Positions 9,665-18,698 of a DNA stretch of 64,000 bases are shown here, piece after piece. The stretch is from positions 11,857 through 75,856 of the forward strand of contig DATJMI010000039.1 of NCBI GenBank assembly GCA_035508775.1, in the 5' to 3' direction. Position 1 is the first letter of the stretch. The number at the start of each line of letters is the position of its first letter. The notes beneath the pieces were generated by a model. It ran no database searches and was not told where the DNA came from. It worked only from the letters and a program-made list of their open reading frames with translations. The translations under genes were made by a program, and so were the position numbers. The DNA comes from Candidatus Methylacidiphilales bacterium (GTDB lineage Bacteria > Verrucomicrobiota > Verrucomicrobiia > Methylacidiphilales > UBA1321).

Positions 9665-9749
9665 TGCCCGAGGCGGGACTCGAACCCGCACGGAGGTTTC
9701 CCTCCTCAGGATTTTAAGTCCTGTATGTCTGCCATTCCATCACTCGGGC
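9665..9749 (-). tRNA. tRNA-Leu (anticodon UAA), CCA not encoded
   Basis: Reverse complement GCCCGAGTGATGGAATGGCAGACATACAGGACTTAAAATCCTG...GGGTTCGAGTCCCGCCTCGGGCA with long variable arm. Confidence 0.96.
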
Positions 9750-9891
9750 GATCACGAAAAACCGGCGGCTTGCGGTTTTGCCTCGGGCCACCGTTCCCCG
9801 TGGAAAGAAGTTTTGATCCTAACTAGACCTGAAAAAGCCTGCACGAACAAAACTGGGCGCACACCTCATTCCGGGATATGCTTCTTTCCCG

Positions 9892-10524
9892 GTGAAACAC
9901 ATCGCCACATGGATCCGGGAATGCGATGAAGCCCATTTCGAGCGGGTCTTCCGGGAATTCCCGGAAGCGCGCCTTTGGAATGCCCGTGCCGGTTCCGTAC
10001 CCTGGGAAGAAGTCACTGGCCTTCTGCTTACCGGCGGCGCCGATATTTCCGCTGGCTTTTTGCGGCAGCCCATTCCGGATCCCTCCCTCATCAAGAATTC
10101 CGATCCGGCGCGGGACGCATGGGAATTTGAGTCCGTATTCAGGGCACTGCGGCGGCGGCTGCCCCTTCTAGCCATCTGCAACGGCTTTCAGGTGCTCAAC
10201 GTCGCGCTGGGCGGCACGCTGCATCTCGATGTTCCGAACCACAACCACCCCGAATCAAAATCGGCCAATATTCAGGAATTGCGCCATATCCCCGGCGCGC
10301 TGTTTCAATTTCCCCGCGTCAACAGCTCGCACCACCAAGCCCTGGCGCGGCCCGGCGCCGGCCTGATCCCCGAGGCGTGGTGCGCGGCGGATGATGTCAT
10401 CGAGCAGGCGCGGCTGGCCGGTTATCCCTTTGGCTTGGGCGTGCAATATCATCCCGAACGCGACCCTCTCTACCAACCCATCTTCGCCGCTTTTGTCGGG
10501 CAGGTAGCGTCGCTTGGAAATTAG
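9892..10524 (+). CDS. Peptidase C26 / gamma-glutamyl-GABA hydrolase-like glutamine amidotransferase
   Basis: LLTGGAD, LAICNGFQ..NVALGGTL, VNSSHHQA, GVQYHPE. Confidence 0.9.
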   Translation: MKHIATWIRECDEAHFERVFREFPEARLWNARAGSVPWEEVTGLLLTGGADISAGFLRQPIPDPSLIKNSDPARDAWEFESVFRALRRRLPLLAICNGFQVLNVALGGTLHLDVPNHNHPESKSANIQELRHIPGALFQFPRVNSSHHQALARPGAGLIPEAWCAADDVIEQARLAGYPFGLGVQYHPERDPLYQPIFAAFVGQVASLGN

Positions 10525-10565
10525 CGGCTTGGAAAACGGTGCTCCGGAAGTAGATTTATCCTCCC

Positions 10566-11210
10566 ATGATTCGCACTGACATGCTTCCGAAACAGAGGCA
10601 AGAGGGCGGCTTCGCGCGGCCCGCCGGGGCCTTGGCAGCTTCGTGTGGTTTTCACGCCCTGTTTTTCGGATTGCTTCTATGGGTGACACTTTATTCAGCC
10701 AAATGGATCCCCGCCAAGATGGGATCCCCTGCCAGCGAGCCGGCGATAACGCTTTCGACCCTCGTGATAACAGCGCCGATGCCGCTTCCCATTCCACGAC
10801 CGATTGAGACCCCGCCGCCGGAAGCTGTGCCGGTGTTGCCGGATCTCAAACCAAAACTCGCCCCGCCCCGCCCCGTCATCCATCACACCACCCCAAACGT
10901 GGCAAAGACATCCCCCACCAAATCCAAATCGGCCAAGCCGGCCCCGTTTGCTTCAAGCTATGCGCCGGGCAACGATATCCTCTCCCATCCGCCCTACCCG
11001 GAGGAAGCGCAGGACCTCGGCGAAACCGGAACCGTGGTGATGGCGGTTACCTTCAACCTCGCCGGGAAGGTAACCCAAGTTAAAGTCATCCAGTCCAGTG
11101 GAGTCCCCTTGCTCGACAACTACACGCGCACGTTTATCTTGAACCACTGGCATAGCACAACCCTAGCCGGCCAAACGGATACCCAATCGATCGTTTATCA
11201 GCAGGAATGA
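10566..11210 (+). CDS. TonB-family energy transducer
   Basis: N-terminal TM with His, Pro-rich linker, PPYPEEA...G.V..SSG..LD C-terminal domain. Confidence 0.85.
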   Translation: MIRTDMLPKQRQEGGFARPAGALAASCGFHALFFGLLLWVTLYSAKWIPAKMGSPASEPAITLSTLVITAPMPLPIPRPIETPPPEAVPVLPDLKPKLAPPRPVIHHTTPNVAKTSPTKSKSAKPAPFASSYAPGNDILSHPPYPEEAQDLGETGTVVMAVTFNLAGKVTQVKVIQSSGVPLLDNYTRTFILNHWHSTTLAGQTDTQSIVYQQE

Positions 11211-11219
11211 AAATTGAAA

Positions 11220-11399
11220 ATGGAGCAGGATAACGGCCTCGCGCCTTCGTCGGTGCAAGCGCCGCCAACGGAAACGGAAAAACAGCCGGACAGCCATTGT
11301 CCGGTCTGCGGAGCGACGTTGTTCCAAGAAAAATGCAAGGTGGTGTGCCGCAGTCCGCGCTGCGCCTACCGCATTGTTTTCAATTGCTCTGAATTTTGA
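11220..11399 (+). CDS. Small CPxCG zinc-ribbon protein
   Basis: CPVCG...EKCKVVC...C...NCSEF, six Cys. Confidence 0.7.
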   Translation: MEQDNGLAPSSVQAPPTETEKQPDSHCPVCGATLFQEKCKVVCRSPRCAYRIVFNCSEF

Positions 11400-11690
11400 C
11401 CTCTTACCTTGTTCCTTGCGAAACTTCATTTCGCGCTAACTCTCTTGCGGACGAAACCGCCCTCACTTTATGCCCATCTTTTCGGAAGAGTCGGACAACG
11501 CTCTGATCTCCGAAGCCGCCCGCGCAGGAGAAGTCCCAGGAAACCCAACCCACCGAAGACCATCGCTGCCGGCCACCTGCAAACTCGATGCTATTTTTGT
11601 CCCGCAAGCCTGGAATTTCCCCAAGATGAACCGTTCCGGGAAAATGACCGGCCCGGAAATGTCTTTGTGACTAAAACTAGGGACCGGCCT

Positions 11691-13049
11691 TTACTTTGAG
11701 CCTGTCGCTTTGGGAGGGCCGGGCAATGGCCCGGTATCCATGCCTTTGCCGGCCAGAGAACGCGCCATGGCCAGAGCTTCCATCCGGGTTTGGACTATGC
11801 CTTCCAACTGGGCCGTCTTGACCGCCTCGAGAATTTTACCGACCGCTTTTCCGGGTGCCAGGCCCATGGCCAGAATGTCGTGGCCGGTGATAAGGGACGG
11901 CGGATTGATCTGGTCGGGCCCCATGATCTCCAGTTGTTGCTTGAGAAAATCGTAATTGCTCATGTCGCCGTGGGAGCTGGCGCAATCGATGCGGTGCAGT
12001 TCCAATTCAAGAGAAAAGGTCGGACGGCTCATCATGCGCTTAAGCGTGCTGGGACGCATCTTGGGAACATCCTTGAATTGCATGTGGTGGAGAACGGCGG
12101 CCTGGACGGTCTGAATGGTTTTGTTGTCGTAGCGGAGACCGGTCATGATCTGTTCCGTCATGGCGGCGCCGATGCTCTCATGTTCGTTGAACCGGATGCG
12201 CCCGGTGGCATCGACCATGGCGGTCGGTTTTTTGCCGACGTCATGAAAAAGAACGGCCAAGGCGAGATCGAGATTTGGTTGCTCGATCTTGGAAAGCATC
12301 AGGCGCACATGCTCGTAGACATCGCCTTCGGGATGAAACAAAGGCGGCTGTTCCACGCCGTGAAGCGTGGCGATATCGGGGAGAATTTCCCGCAGCAGGC
12401 CGCTCCGGTCGAGAAGATCGAGCCCGATCTCGGGCTTGGGCGCGGTCAGCGTCTTATTCAGTTCGTCACGAATGCGCTCCGCGCTCACCGTGCGGATGGC
12501 GGCGGCAGCGGCGCGAATCGCCTCCCAGGTTTTCGGCTCGATGGTGAACAGGAGACGGGCGGCGAAGCGGATGCCCCGCAACATGCGCAAATGATCCTCA
12601 GCAAAACGGTCGGCGGGATGGCCGATGGCGCGGATGAGCCTGGCCCGCAGATCGGCTTCGCCGCCCACGTAGTCGATCAACCGCTCCGCGACCGGATCGT
12701 AGAAAAGACCGTTGATGGTGAAATCCCGCCGCCGGGCATCTTCTTCCGCCGTGGCAAAGCGGACCCCCTCGGGATGGCGCCCGTCCTGATAGGGGCCGTC
12801 CTGGCGGAACGTGGCAACTTCATAAGCCTGATCGCCCGCCAGGATACGAAGGACGCCGAACGATTTGCCCGTCAGGTCGGTGACGCGGGGAAATAGCTGC
12901 TGAACCTGCTCGGGCCGGGCACTGGTGGCGATGTCGATATCCTTGGCCTCGGCGCCAAGCAGGTGGTCGCGGACACAACCACCGGCAAAGTAGGCGACGT
13001 ATCCGGCCCCTTGGAGACGCGCGACGATATCCCGGGCCGGCGCATTCAT
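11691..13049 (-). CDS. cca: CCA-adding tRNA nucleotidyltransferase / poly(A) polymerase family with HD domain
   Basis: GGCVRD..DIDIAT, RRDFTING, EDHLRMLR, HPEGDV..H, FHDVGK. Confidence 0.88.
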   Translation of the reverse strand: MNAPARDIVARLQGAGYVAYFAGGCVRDHLLGAEAKDIDIATSARPEQVQQLFPRVTDLTGKSFGVLRILAGDQAYEVATFRQDGPYQDGRHPEGVRFATAEEDARRRDFTINGLFYDPVAERLIDYVGGEADLRARLIRAIGHPADRFAEDHLRMLRGIRFAARLLFTIEPKTWEAIRAAAAAIRTVSAERIRDELNKTLTAPKPEIGLDLLDRSGLLREILPDIATLHGVEQPPLFHPEGDVYEHVRLMLSKIEQPNLDLALAVLFHDVGKKPTAMVDATGRIRFNEHESIGAAMTEQIMTGLRYDNKTIQTVQAAVLHHMQFKDVPKMRPSTLKRMMSRPTFSLELELHRIDCASSHGDMSNYDFLKQQLEIMGPDQINPPSLITGHDILAMGLAPGKAVGKILEAVKTAQLEGIVQTRMEALAMARSLAGKGMDTGPLPGPPKATGSK

Positions 13050-14068
13050 CGCTCGGAAAAAATAGGCTCGACCGCTTCCACGTCGGGAGGAGGAGTATGG
13101 GTCTCATGGCGATAGAGGAAATAAAACGGCCCCGAGAGAAGATTCCAGGTAACGCCGACGAGGAAATAGGTCAGTGAGAAAGTCAGGGCGTGATTCTTGT
13201 CAATTCCGAGCAACCCGAGAAACATGATGAAAAGCTGTTCGCGGACGCCAAGGCCGGAAATACTGATGGGAAGAGCGATGAGCATATTGACCATCGCCAG
13301 GATGGAAAAAAAGGGGAGCAGGCTCGATTCAAGGTGCATGGCGCGCATGATGGAATAACCCATCAGGACGTTGCAGACATGGGAGGGCAGGGAGCCGACA
13401 AGAGCGACACAATTGATGCCAAAGGCGCGGGCCGTTTTCTCGTAGGCTTCAAAGAGTGAGATTCCGCGATGCATAAAAGGAAGTTTTTTGACAAAGTTGC
13501 GGAGACCTTGATGCCGCAGAAGGGAGGGGCCAAGACAGGAAACAATGGAGGCAACGACGCCACCAAAAGCAAAGAAGTAAAAGAGGCCGGTGAAGAAGCG
13601 GGTATCGCCGGTGGAAAGAAGGAGATTGAGCTGAGTGCAGGAAAGGCCGACACCGAACAAAAGAAGGGCGATGAGACCGATGATCCGGTCGACAACAACG
13701 GTAAAGGCAACCGCCGCCTTGCGCTGAGGAACCGCGCGGGCGACATAATAAATTTTGACGACGTCGCCGCCGGTGGTGCCAAAGAGGAAGGCGCTGAAAA
13801 ACTGTCCGATCATGGTGAGTTCAAAGATGCGCCAAAAACGGAGATGAACTCCATGAACTCCAAGAAGCATGCGCCAGCGCCAGGCGACAATGAACATGAC
13901 GGGGGTGAAGCAGAAAAAGGCGACGACCAGCCACGCGGCATCCATGGCGCGGATATTGATCCAGACTTGGTACCAATCGATCTTCTGCTTGTAGAAGAGA
14001 AGGCCGATAAGAAAGATCGAGACCAAAGCCCGGAAAATCAGCCCGAGGCGGCGGCGTAGGAATTCCAT
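13046..14068 (-). CDS. Lysylphosphatidylglycerol synthase TM-domain (flippase-like) protein
   Basis: RWR.LL, GGDVVK, DRIIG, PISISGLGVRE motifs; multi-TM. Confidence 0.85.
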   Translation of the reverse strand: MEFLRRRLGLIFRALVSIFLIGLLFYKQKIDWYQVWINIRAMDAAWLVVAFFCFTPVMFIVAWRWRMLLGVHGVHLRFWRIFELTMIGQFFSAFLFGTTGGDVVKIYYVARAVPQRKAAVAFTVVVDRIIGLIALLLFGVGLSCTQLNLLLSTGDTRFFTGLFYFFAFGGVVASIVSCLGPSLLRHQGLRNFVKKLPFMHRGISLFEAYEKTARAFGINCVALVGSLPSHVCNVLMGYSIMRAMHLESSLLPFFSILAMVNMLIALPISISGLGVREQLFIMFLGLLGIDKNHALTFSLTYFLVGVTWNLLSGPFYFLYRHETHTPPPDVEAVEPIFSER

Positions 14069-14961
14069 AGGTTACGGCTGGCAATAACTTGCTCTTCCGG
14101 GGTGCCGGGCGAGAGTTCCATTACAGCGATAGCGGTTTGCGGCAAAGTCGGCAAGAGCGCGGAAAAGTCAATTTCGCCGTGGCCGAGAGGCAGATGGTCC
14201 TCGTTCGGCCGGCGGCAGTCGTGGATGTGGCAGCCCCAAAGACGCGGCGCGCGAAGACGCAGTGTTTCGGCGTGGGAATGCCAGCCGAGAAATTCCTTGC
14301 GCGCGGCGTGGCCGAAATCGTGCCAATAACCCATTACTTCGGCCGGATAGGCCTCCAGAACCATGAGCATTTCCTCCTCGTGGGGAAATTCCTCGAACTC
14401 TTCGCGAATCTCAACGCCGAGCTTGAGCTTGAACTCGCCGGCCATGGCCACGATGGGATCGAGGCATTCCTTCACGCGCGGCCAGACATGGGTGGTGTTT
14501 TCGCGCCGCTCCTGAACGGCGCGGACCTTAAGCGCGGTATAGCGGCGGTTGAGGTACTCTCCCCGGGTGTAGAGCGCTTCAAGTTTTTTGGTGACCTTGC
14601 GCGGACCGGCCCAGCCGAGATGAAGCACCACGGCCCGGGCGCCAAGCTTGGCCGCCTGGCGGATGGTTTCCTCGGTGGACCGGCGGGCCAGGGTGCGGAT
14701 TTCAGGGCGCGAATCGGAAAATTCATAGCAGTTGGGATTGGGATGCAGCACGCTGGTCGGCACCGGACAGAAATTGTGCAGGGAATTGATCTTGATGAGA
14801 TTTTCCTGCCAGGCCTTGAGAATGCCGGGCCAGAGAGAGAGACGGACGCCATGCCCGAGTTCAACGGCGGGAAAACCGAGCTGCCGGATTTCCTTGAGCA
14901 TGTCGTAGCCGTCCTGGTGCCGGTGGGAATTCCAGCAGGTCGAAAGGGCCACGGGAGGCAT
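14038..14961 (-). CDS. Sugar phosphate isomerase/epimerase (AP endonuclease 2-type TIM barrel)
   Basis: VEL, VVLHLG, WHDFGH, HIHD, HLPLG.G. Confidence 0.85.
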   Translation of the reverse strand: MPPVALSTCWNSHRHQDGYDMLKEIRQLGFPAVELGHGVRLSLWPGILKAWQENLIKINSLHNFCPVPTSVLHPNPNCYEFSDSRPEIRTLARRSTEETIRQAAKLGARAVVLHLGWAGPRKVTKKLEALYTRGEYLNRRYTALKVRAVQERRENTTHVWPRVKECLDPIVAMAGEFKLKLGVEIREEFEEFPHEEEMLMVLEAYPAEVMGYWHDFGHAARKEFLGWHSHAETLRLRAPRLWGCHIHDCRRPNEDHLPLGHGEIDFSALLPTLPQTAIAVMELSPGTPEEQVIASRNLWNSYAAASG

Positions 14962-14985
14962 GCAAAAACTGGCCGGCGCCGGGAA

Positions 14986-15600
14986 TCAGGCGGAGCCGGA
15001 AACGGCACGAATGGGCGTCTGCCCAAAAAGGAGACTCCGGTTGAGAATGAAAAGCAGAAGAAAGACGAAAAAGAGATCTCCGGCCATGCCATTACGCAAA
15101 AAGAGCCAGGTCGGTTCGTACCCGGGCAGACCGATGGTATTGGCCTGCCACCAGCCGGCCAGAGTAGGCGGGTAACCCGGCGTCTGTTTGAGGACGATGT
15201 TTTGCCGCCAGGAAAAGGTGTTCGCGGCGACGTAAAAGAAAAGCGAGCAACCGAGGCTGCCGGCGACGGTTTTGAAAAGCGAAGCATGCCGGACAACAAC
15301 AATGCCAAGCAGCCCCGCGCCGGCGTAGATGCCGAAGGAAATAACGCTCCACCAGGAAAACATGGCGCCGATGGTCCGGGAATTGATCTCCAGAAAGGCA
15401 AAGTCGCTCAGGAAAATCGCGATGGCACCGATGAGCCAGCCCCACCGGCGTGGCAGGCAGATGCCGCCAACGTAGGCGACGGCCATGAAGGGCGAGATGT
15501 CAGGAATGACCTCGGGATAGCGGCTGCTGGTCAGCCGGAACAGGGCACAGCCGAAGATCAGAAAGAGGGCGATGTAAACAGGATGGATTTCGCGCTTCAT
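14986..15600 (-). CDS. DUF6580-like integral membrane protein, putative transporter
   Basis: Several TM helices, SP..A, LSD, SLFFY..ANTFSW, GLP..F.RN..GDL pattern. Confidence 0.7.
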   Translation of the reverse strand: MKREIHPVYIALFLIFGCALFRLTSSRYPEVIPDISPFMAVAYVGGICLPRRWGWLIGAIAIFLSDFAFLEINSRTIGAMFSWWSVISFGIYAGAGLLGIVVVRHASLFKTVAGSLGCSLFFYVAANTFSWRQNIVLKQTPGYPPTLAGWWQANTIGLPGYEPTWLFLRNGMAGDLFFVFLLLFILNRSLLFGQTPIRAVSGSA

Positions 15601-15712
15601 AATGGACGCACTAAACTAAAGCTTTCTTGCGGAATAAAGGCAAGTGGTCAGCTTAAGGGAAGGCATTTTGTTAATGATATATTAATCAATGGAACAATCA
15701 AAATCTCATTTT

Positions 15713-16840
15713 ATGAAGAACTCCCTCCCCTGGATTGCATTCGGGTTGATCCTAGCCTGGATGATACCCGCAGACGCCGACCCATCCCCGGCCTCGCATG
15801 ACGCCAGCTTCAGCAAGGAGGGGCTGTTCAAGGCCGATGTCTCCAAGCTAAAGGATACAGAACTGGTCGCGCATCCCGATACGCCACTGGACGACGGCAA
15901 GAATGTGCTCTGGTGCGGCACATTGCAACTGGCCTGGAACGAAGCGATCAAATTGGCGGGCGCAAAATTGCATTTTGTCCAGCAGCCGCCGGTGGTCGAT
16001 TTGCTTAATCAGGAAGATTTCACCGAAAATGACCTGGACCCGGGCAGCTACGTGGCGGTGGCCGATTTCGAACGCAACAACGTGGAGGATGAGATTCGCG
16101 CCGCGCTGGAAAAAACGTTTCAAGGCGCGGCCTCACCCGAATTGATTCCGCCGAAGCCGTCGCACCCCGGCCCGTTTGACTTCGTTGCCTACGCCTATCT
16201 CTACAAAGACCTGGCGTTCGCCCATCCGTTCGCGACCAACGATCCAATGGCTTTCGGCACGACACAGGTGAAAAATTTCGGTTTCGGAAAGGACCTGGAC
16301 CTCCTGCCGGACGGGGTGATGGAACAAGTTTCGATTTACGATTACCGGTCCCAAGACGATTTCATCATCAAGTTGAAACCGAAAACGGAGGGGGATGAAC
16401 TGATCCTGGCGAAACTGCCGCCCGGAGCAACTTTGCAAGAGACAATCAACTCCGTGCTCGAACGAATCGCGGGGCATCAGCCCGAGCCCATCGGGCCGGG
16501 ACCGCGATTGGCGATTCCCAAACTGAATTTCGACTTGCGGCGTCATTTTCCGGAACTTGAAGGCCTGACCCTTAAACCAGGGCCGGTTATGAAGGTCAAA
16601 AACCTGGTGATCACCTCGGTCCAACAACTGGTGCGGTTTCAACTCAACGAGAAGGGCGCAATTTTAAAATCCGAAGCAGCAATGATGGTTGCCGGAGCAG
16701 CCATGCCCATTGCCGAACGGCACATTATGATCTTCGACAAGCCGTTTCTCATCCTGATGAAGCGGACAAATTCGGATCGTCCCTATTTCGCGCTATGGGT
16801 TGGAAATGCGACACTCCTTGTCCCGGCGAGCGGAACGTAA
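15713..16840 (+). CDS. Secreted divergent serpin-like protein
   Basis: Signal peptide; C-terminal L.IPKL.F, Q...F.LNEKG, FDKPFLI.MK serpin-type motifs. Confidence 0.6.
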   Translation: MKNSLPWIAFGLILAWMIPADADPSPASHDASFSKEGLFKADVSKLKDTELVAHPDTPLDDGKNVLWCGTLQLAWNEAIKLAGAKLHFVQQPPVVDLLNQEDFTENDLDPGSYVAVADFERNNVEDEIRAALEKTFQGAASPELIPPKPSHPGPFDFVAYAYLYKDLAFAHPFATNDPMAFGTTQVKNFGFGKDLDLLPDGVMEQVSIYDYRSQDDFIIKLKPKTEGDELILAKLPPGATLQETINSVLERIAGHQPEPIGPGPRLAIPKLNFDLRRHFPELEGLTLKPGPVMKVKNLVITSVQQLVRFQLNEKGAILKSEAAMMVAGAAMPIAERHIMIFDKPFLILMKRTNSDRPYFALWVGNATLLVPASGT

Positions 16841-16885
16841 CCTGGCGCGTTTTCCATTTAGATAGACGCATGGAATGAATCTCCC

Positions 16886-17102
16886 GCAAGCCGGAGGCTT
16901 GCTGGAACCGTAGCCGGTGGTTGAGCGCGCGAAGTGCGCGACACCACTGGAAAAGGTTCTCAGGCGCTTGCATCCCGGTAAGGGATGCCAGAAGCCTACG
17001 ACCCCTGCCGGGGTCGGCCTCATCGCGAAAACAAGACTGGTGGTGGCGATCGCCGCGCGATCTTACCACCGGCTACGCAGTTGCCATCCCTCCGGGATGG
17101 CA
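16886..17102. repeat. REP-like cluster of nested short palindromes
   Basis: Hairpins GCAAGCcggagGCTTGC, GCATCCC..GGGATGC, CGACCCC..GGGGTCG, GCCATCCC..GGGATGGC; 13-bp perfect IR 16909-16921 / 17065-17077. Confidence 0.75.
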
Positions 17103-17148
17103 TTGAGTTCGCCACCGATTATACGGCTACAGAATTTTTGAAAATGTT

Positions 17149-18408
17149 CTAATCCCGCCGCCCGGCGCGCCAGGAACGGAACGTGATTTCCTCACGGTCC
17201 TCCATCGGGTCGATGAACTCGAGATCGCGATAGGCGGAGCTTGGAACCGGCGTTCCCGTGCCGGCGGGCGCAACGTCGGGATACTCGAAAATATCACCCT
17301 TGTAATTGCGCAGGACGACGCGGTCCGGCAAACGGGCGACGACATAGTCGGGATTAAGCGGAATTTTGCCGCCGCCGCCCGGGCCATCGATGACGTACTG
17401 CGGAACGGCATAGCCCGTCGTATGGCCGCGGAGATGTTCGATGATCTCGAGGCCCTTGCTGACGGGAGTGCGCAAGTGCGAGGAGCCCTGGATCAAATCG
17501 CATTGGTAGATGTAGTAGGGGCGCACCCGGCAGCGGAGCAGCTTTTGCACGAGGGTTTTCATCACGGCGGGGTCGTCGTTGACGCCGCGCAGAAGCACCG
17601 ATTGATTGCCGAGCGGAATGCCGGCGTCGGCCAGGCGCCCGAGGGCGTCCCGCACCTCGGTGGTCAGTTCGCGCGGGTGGTTGACGTGCACGCTCATCCA
17701 GAGCGGATGAAATTGCCGAAGCATGGCGCAAAGCGCCGGGGTGATCCGTTGCGGCAGGAAAATGGGAACGCGGCTGCCGATGCGGAGGAACTCAATATGT
17801 TCGATGGCGCGCAGACGGCGCAACAGGTCTTCCAGCCGCCGGTCGGAGAGAAGGAGGGCGTCGCCGCCGGAGAGAAGAACGTCGCGTACCTCGGTGTGCT
17901 TTTCGAGGTAGCCAATGGCACGGTTGAAGTCGACCTCAAGTTCCTGTTCACCCACGCCGCTGACGACCCGGCTGCGGGTGCAGTAACGGCAATAAGAGGC
18001 GCAACGGTCCGTCACGAGAAAGAGGACGCGGTCGGGATAACGGTGGACCAGTCCCGGCACGGGCATGTCGTGGTCTTCGCCGCAGGGATCGGCCATTTCG
18101 GAGGGAGAATAGGTCATCTCCTCAATGCGGGGAATGACCTGGCGGCGAATGGGACAATCGGAATCGAACGGATCGATCAGATTGAAAAAGTAGGGCGTGA
18201 TCCCCATGGCCAGCTTGGTATTGGCGAGCAGGATGCCGGCATGTTCCTCTCCCGTGAGCTGAAGCTTGCCGGCGACGTCCTCCAATGACTTGACGCTGTG
18301 GCGCATTTGCCACTGCCAGTCGTTCCATTGTTCGGGGGTAACTTCGGGCCAGTAACCCTGGCCGGGAGATGAAAAGTGACGGTAATCGAGGTCTAGTTTA
18401 TTATTCAT
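17149..18408 (-). CDS. kamA: KamA-family radical SAM lysine 2,3-aminomutase
   Basis: CASYCRYCTR, LVHRYPDR, NQSVLL.GVND, PGGGGK PLP-lysine motif. Confidence 0.88.
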   Translation of the reverse strand: MNNKLDLDYRHFSSPGQGYWPEVTPEQWNDWQWQMRHSVKSLEDVAGKLQLTGEEHAGILLANTKLAMGITPYFFNLIDPFDSDCPIRRQVIPRIEEMTYSPSEMADPCGEDHDMPVPGLVHRYPDRVLFLVTDRCASYCRYCTRSRVVSGVGEQELEVDFNRAIGYLEKHTEVRDVLLSGGDALLLSDRRLEDLLRRLRAIEHIEFLRIGSRVPIFLPQRITPALCAMLRQFHPLWMSVHVNHPRELTTEVRDALGRLADAGIPLGNQSVLLRGVNDDPAVMKTLVQKLLRCRVRPYYIYQCDLIQGSSHLRTPVSKGLEIIEHLRGHTTGYAVPQYVIDGPGGGGKIPLNPDYVVARLPDRVVLRNYKGDIFEYPDVAPAGTGTPVPSSAYRDLEFIDPMEDREEITFRSWRAGRRD

Positions 18409-18698
18409 GGAGAATGCGCCATGAAGAGCTAAAGAAAATTGAGGCGCAAAGGACTTATAGGCTTGAAGGCTTAAAGCCAGAAAAATAACGCGGACAGCTC
18501 CCATGTCAAATGGACCGGGCCAAGCGCAAGATGGTATGGATATTGCGCAAGCCCCTCACTTAGGGCATTGTGACCTCCCTCCCTGCCATAAATAGAGGCC
18601 CTTGCGGCACAATCTCTTTTGAAGCTAAAATCGTGACCAACCTACCCTCTCCTTCACGGTTTCATCCTATCCCGCAATATAACAAGAGGTTACGCCCG

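Noticed and set aside
11400-11690. Possible small gene or remnant between zinc-ribbon gene and cca
   Set aside because: Several overlapping short ORFs, none with recognisable motif
14089-15801. 570-aa plus-strand ORF and other long antisense ORFs (e.g. 36266-37774, 47719-49023, 62378-63493)
   Set aside because: They shadow well-supported genes on the opposite strand, which is expected in high-GC DNA, and show no motifs
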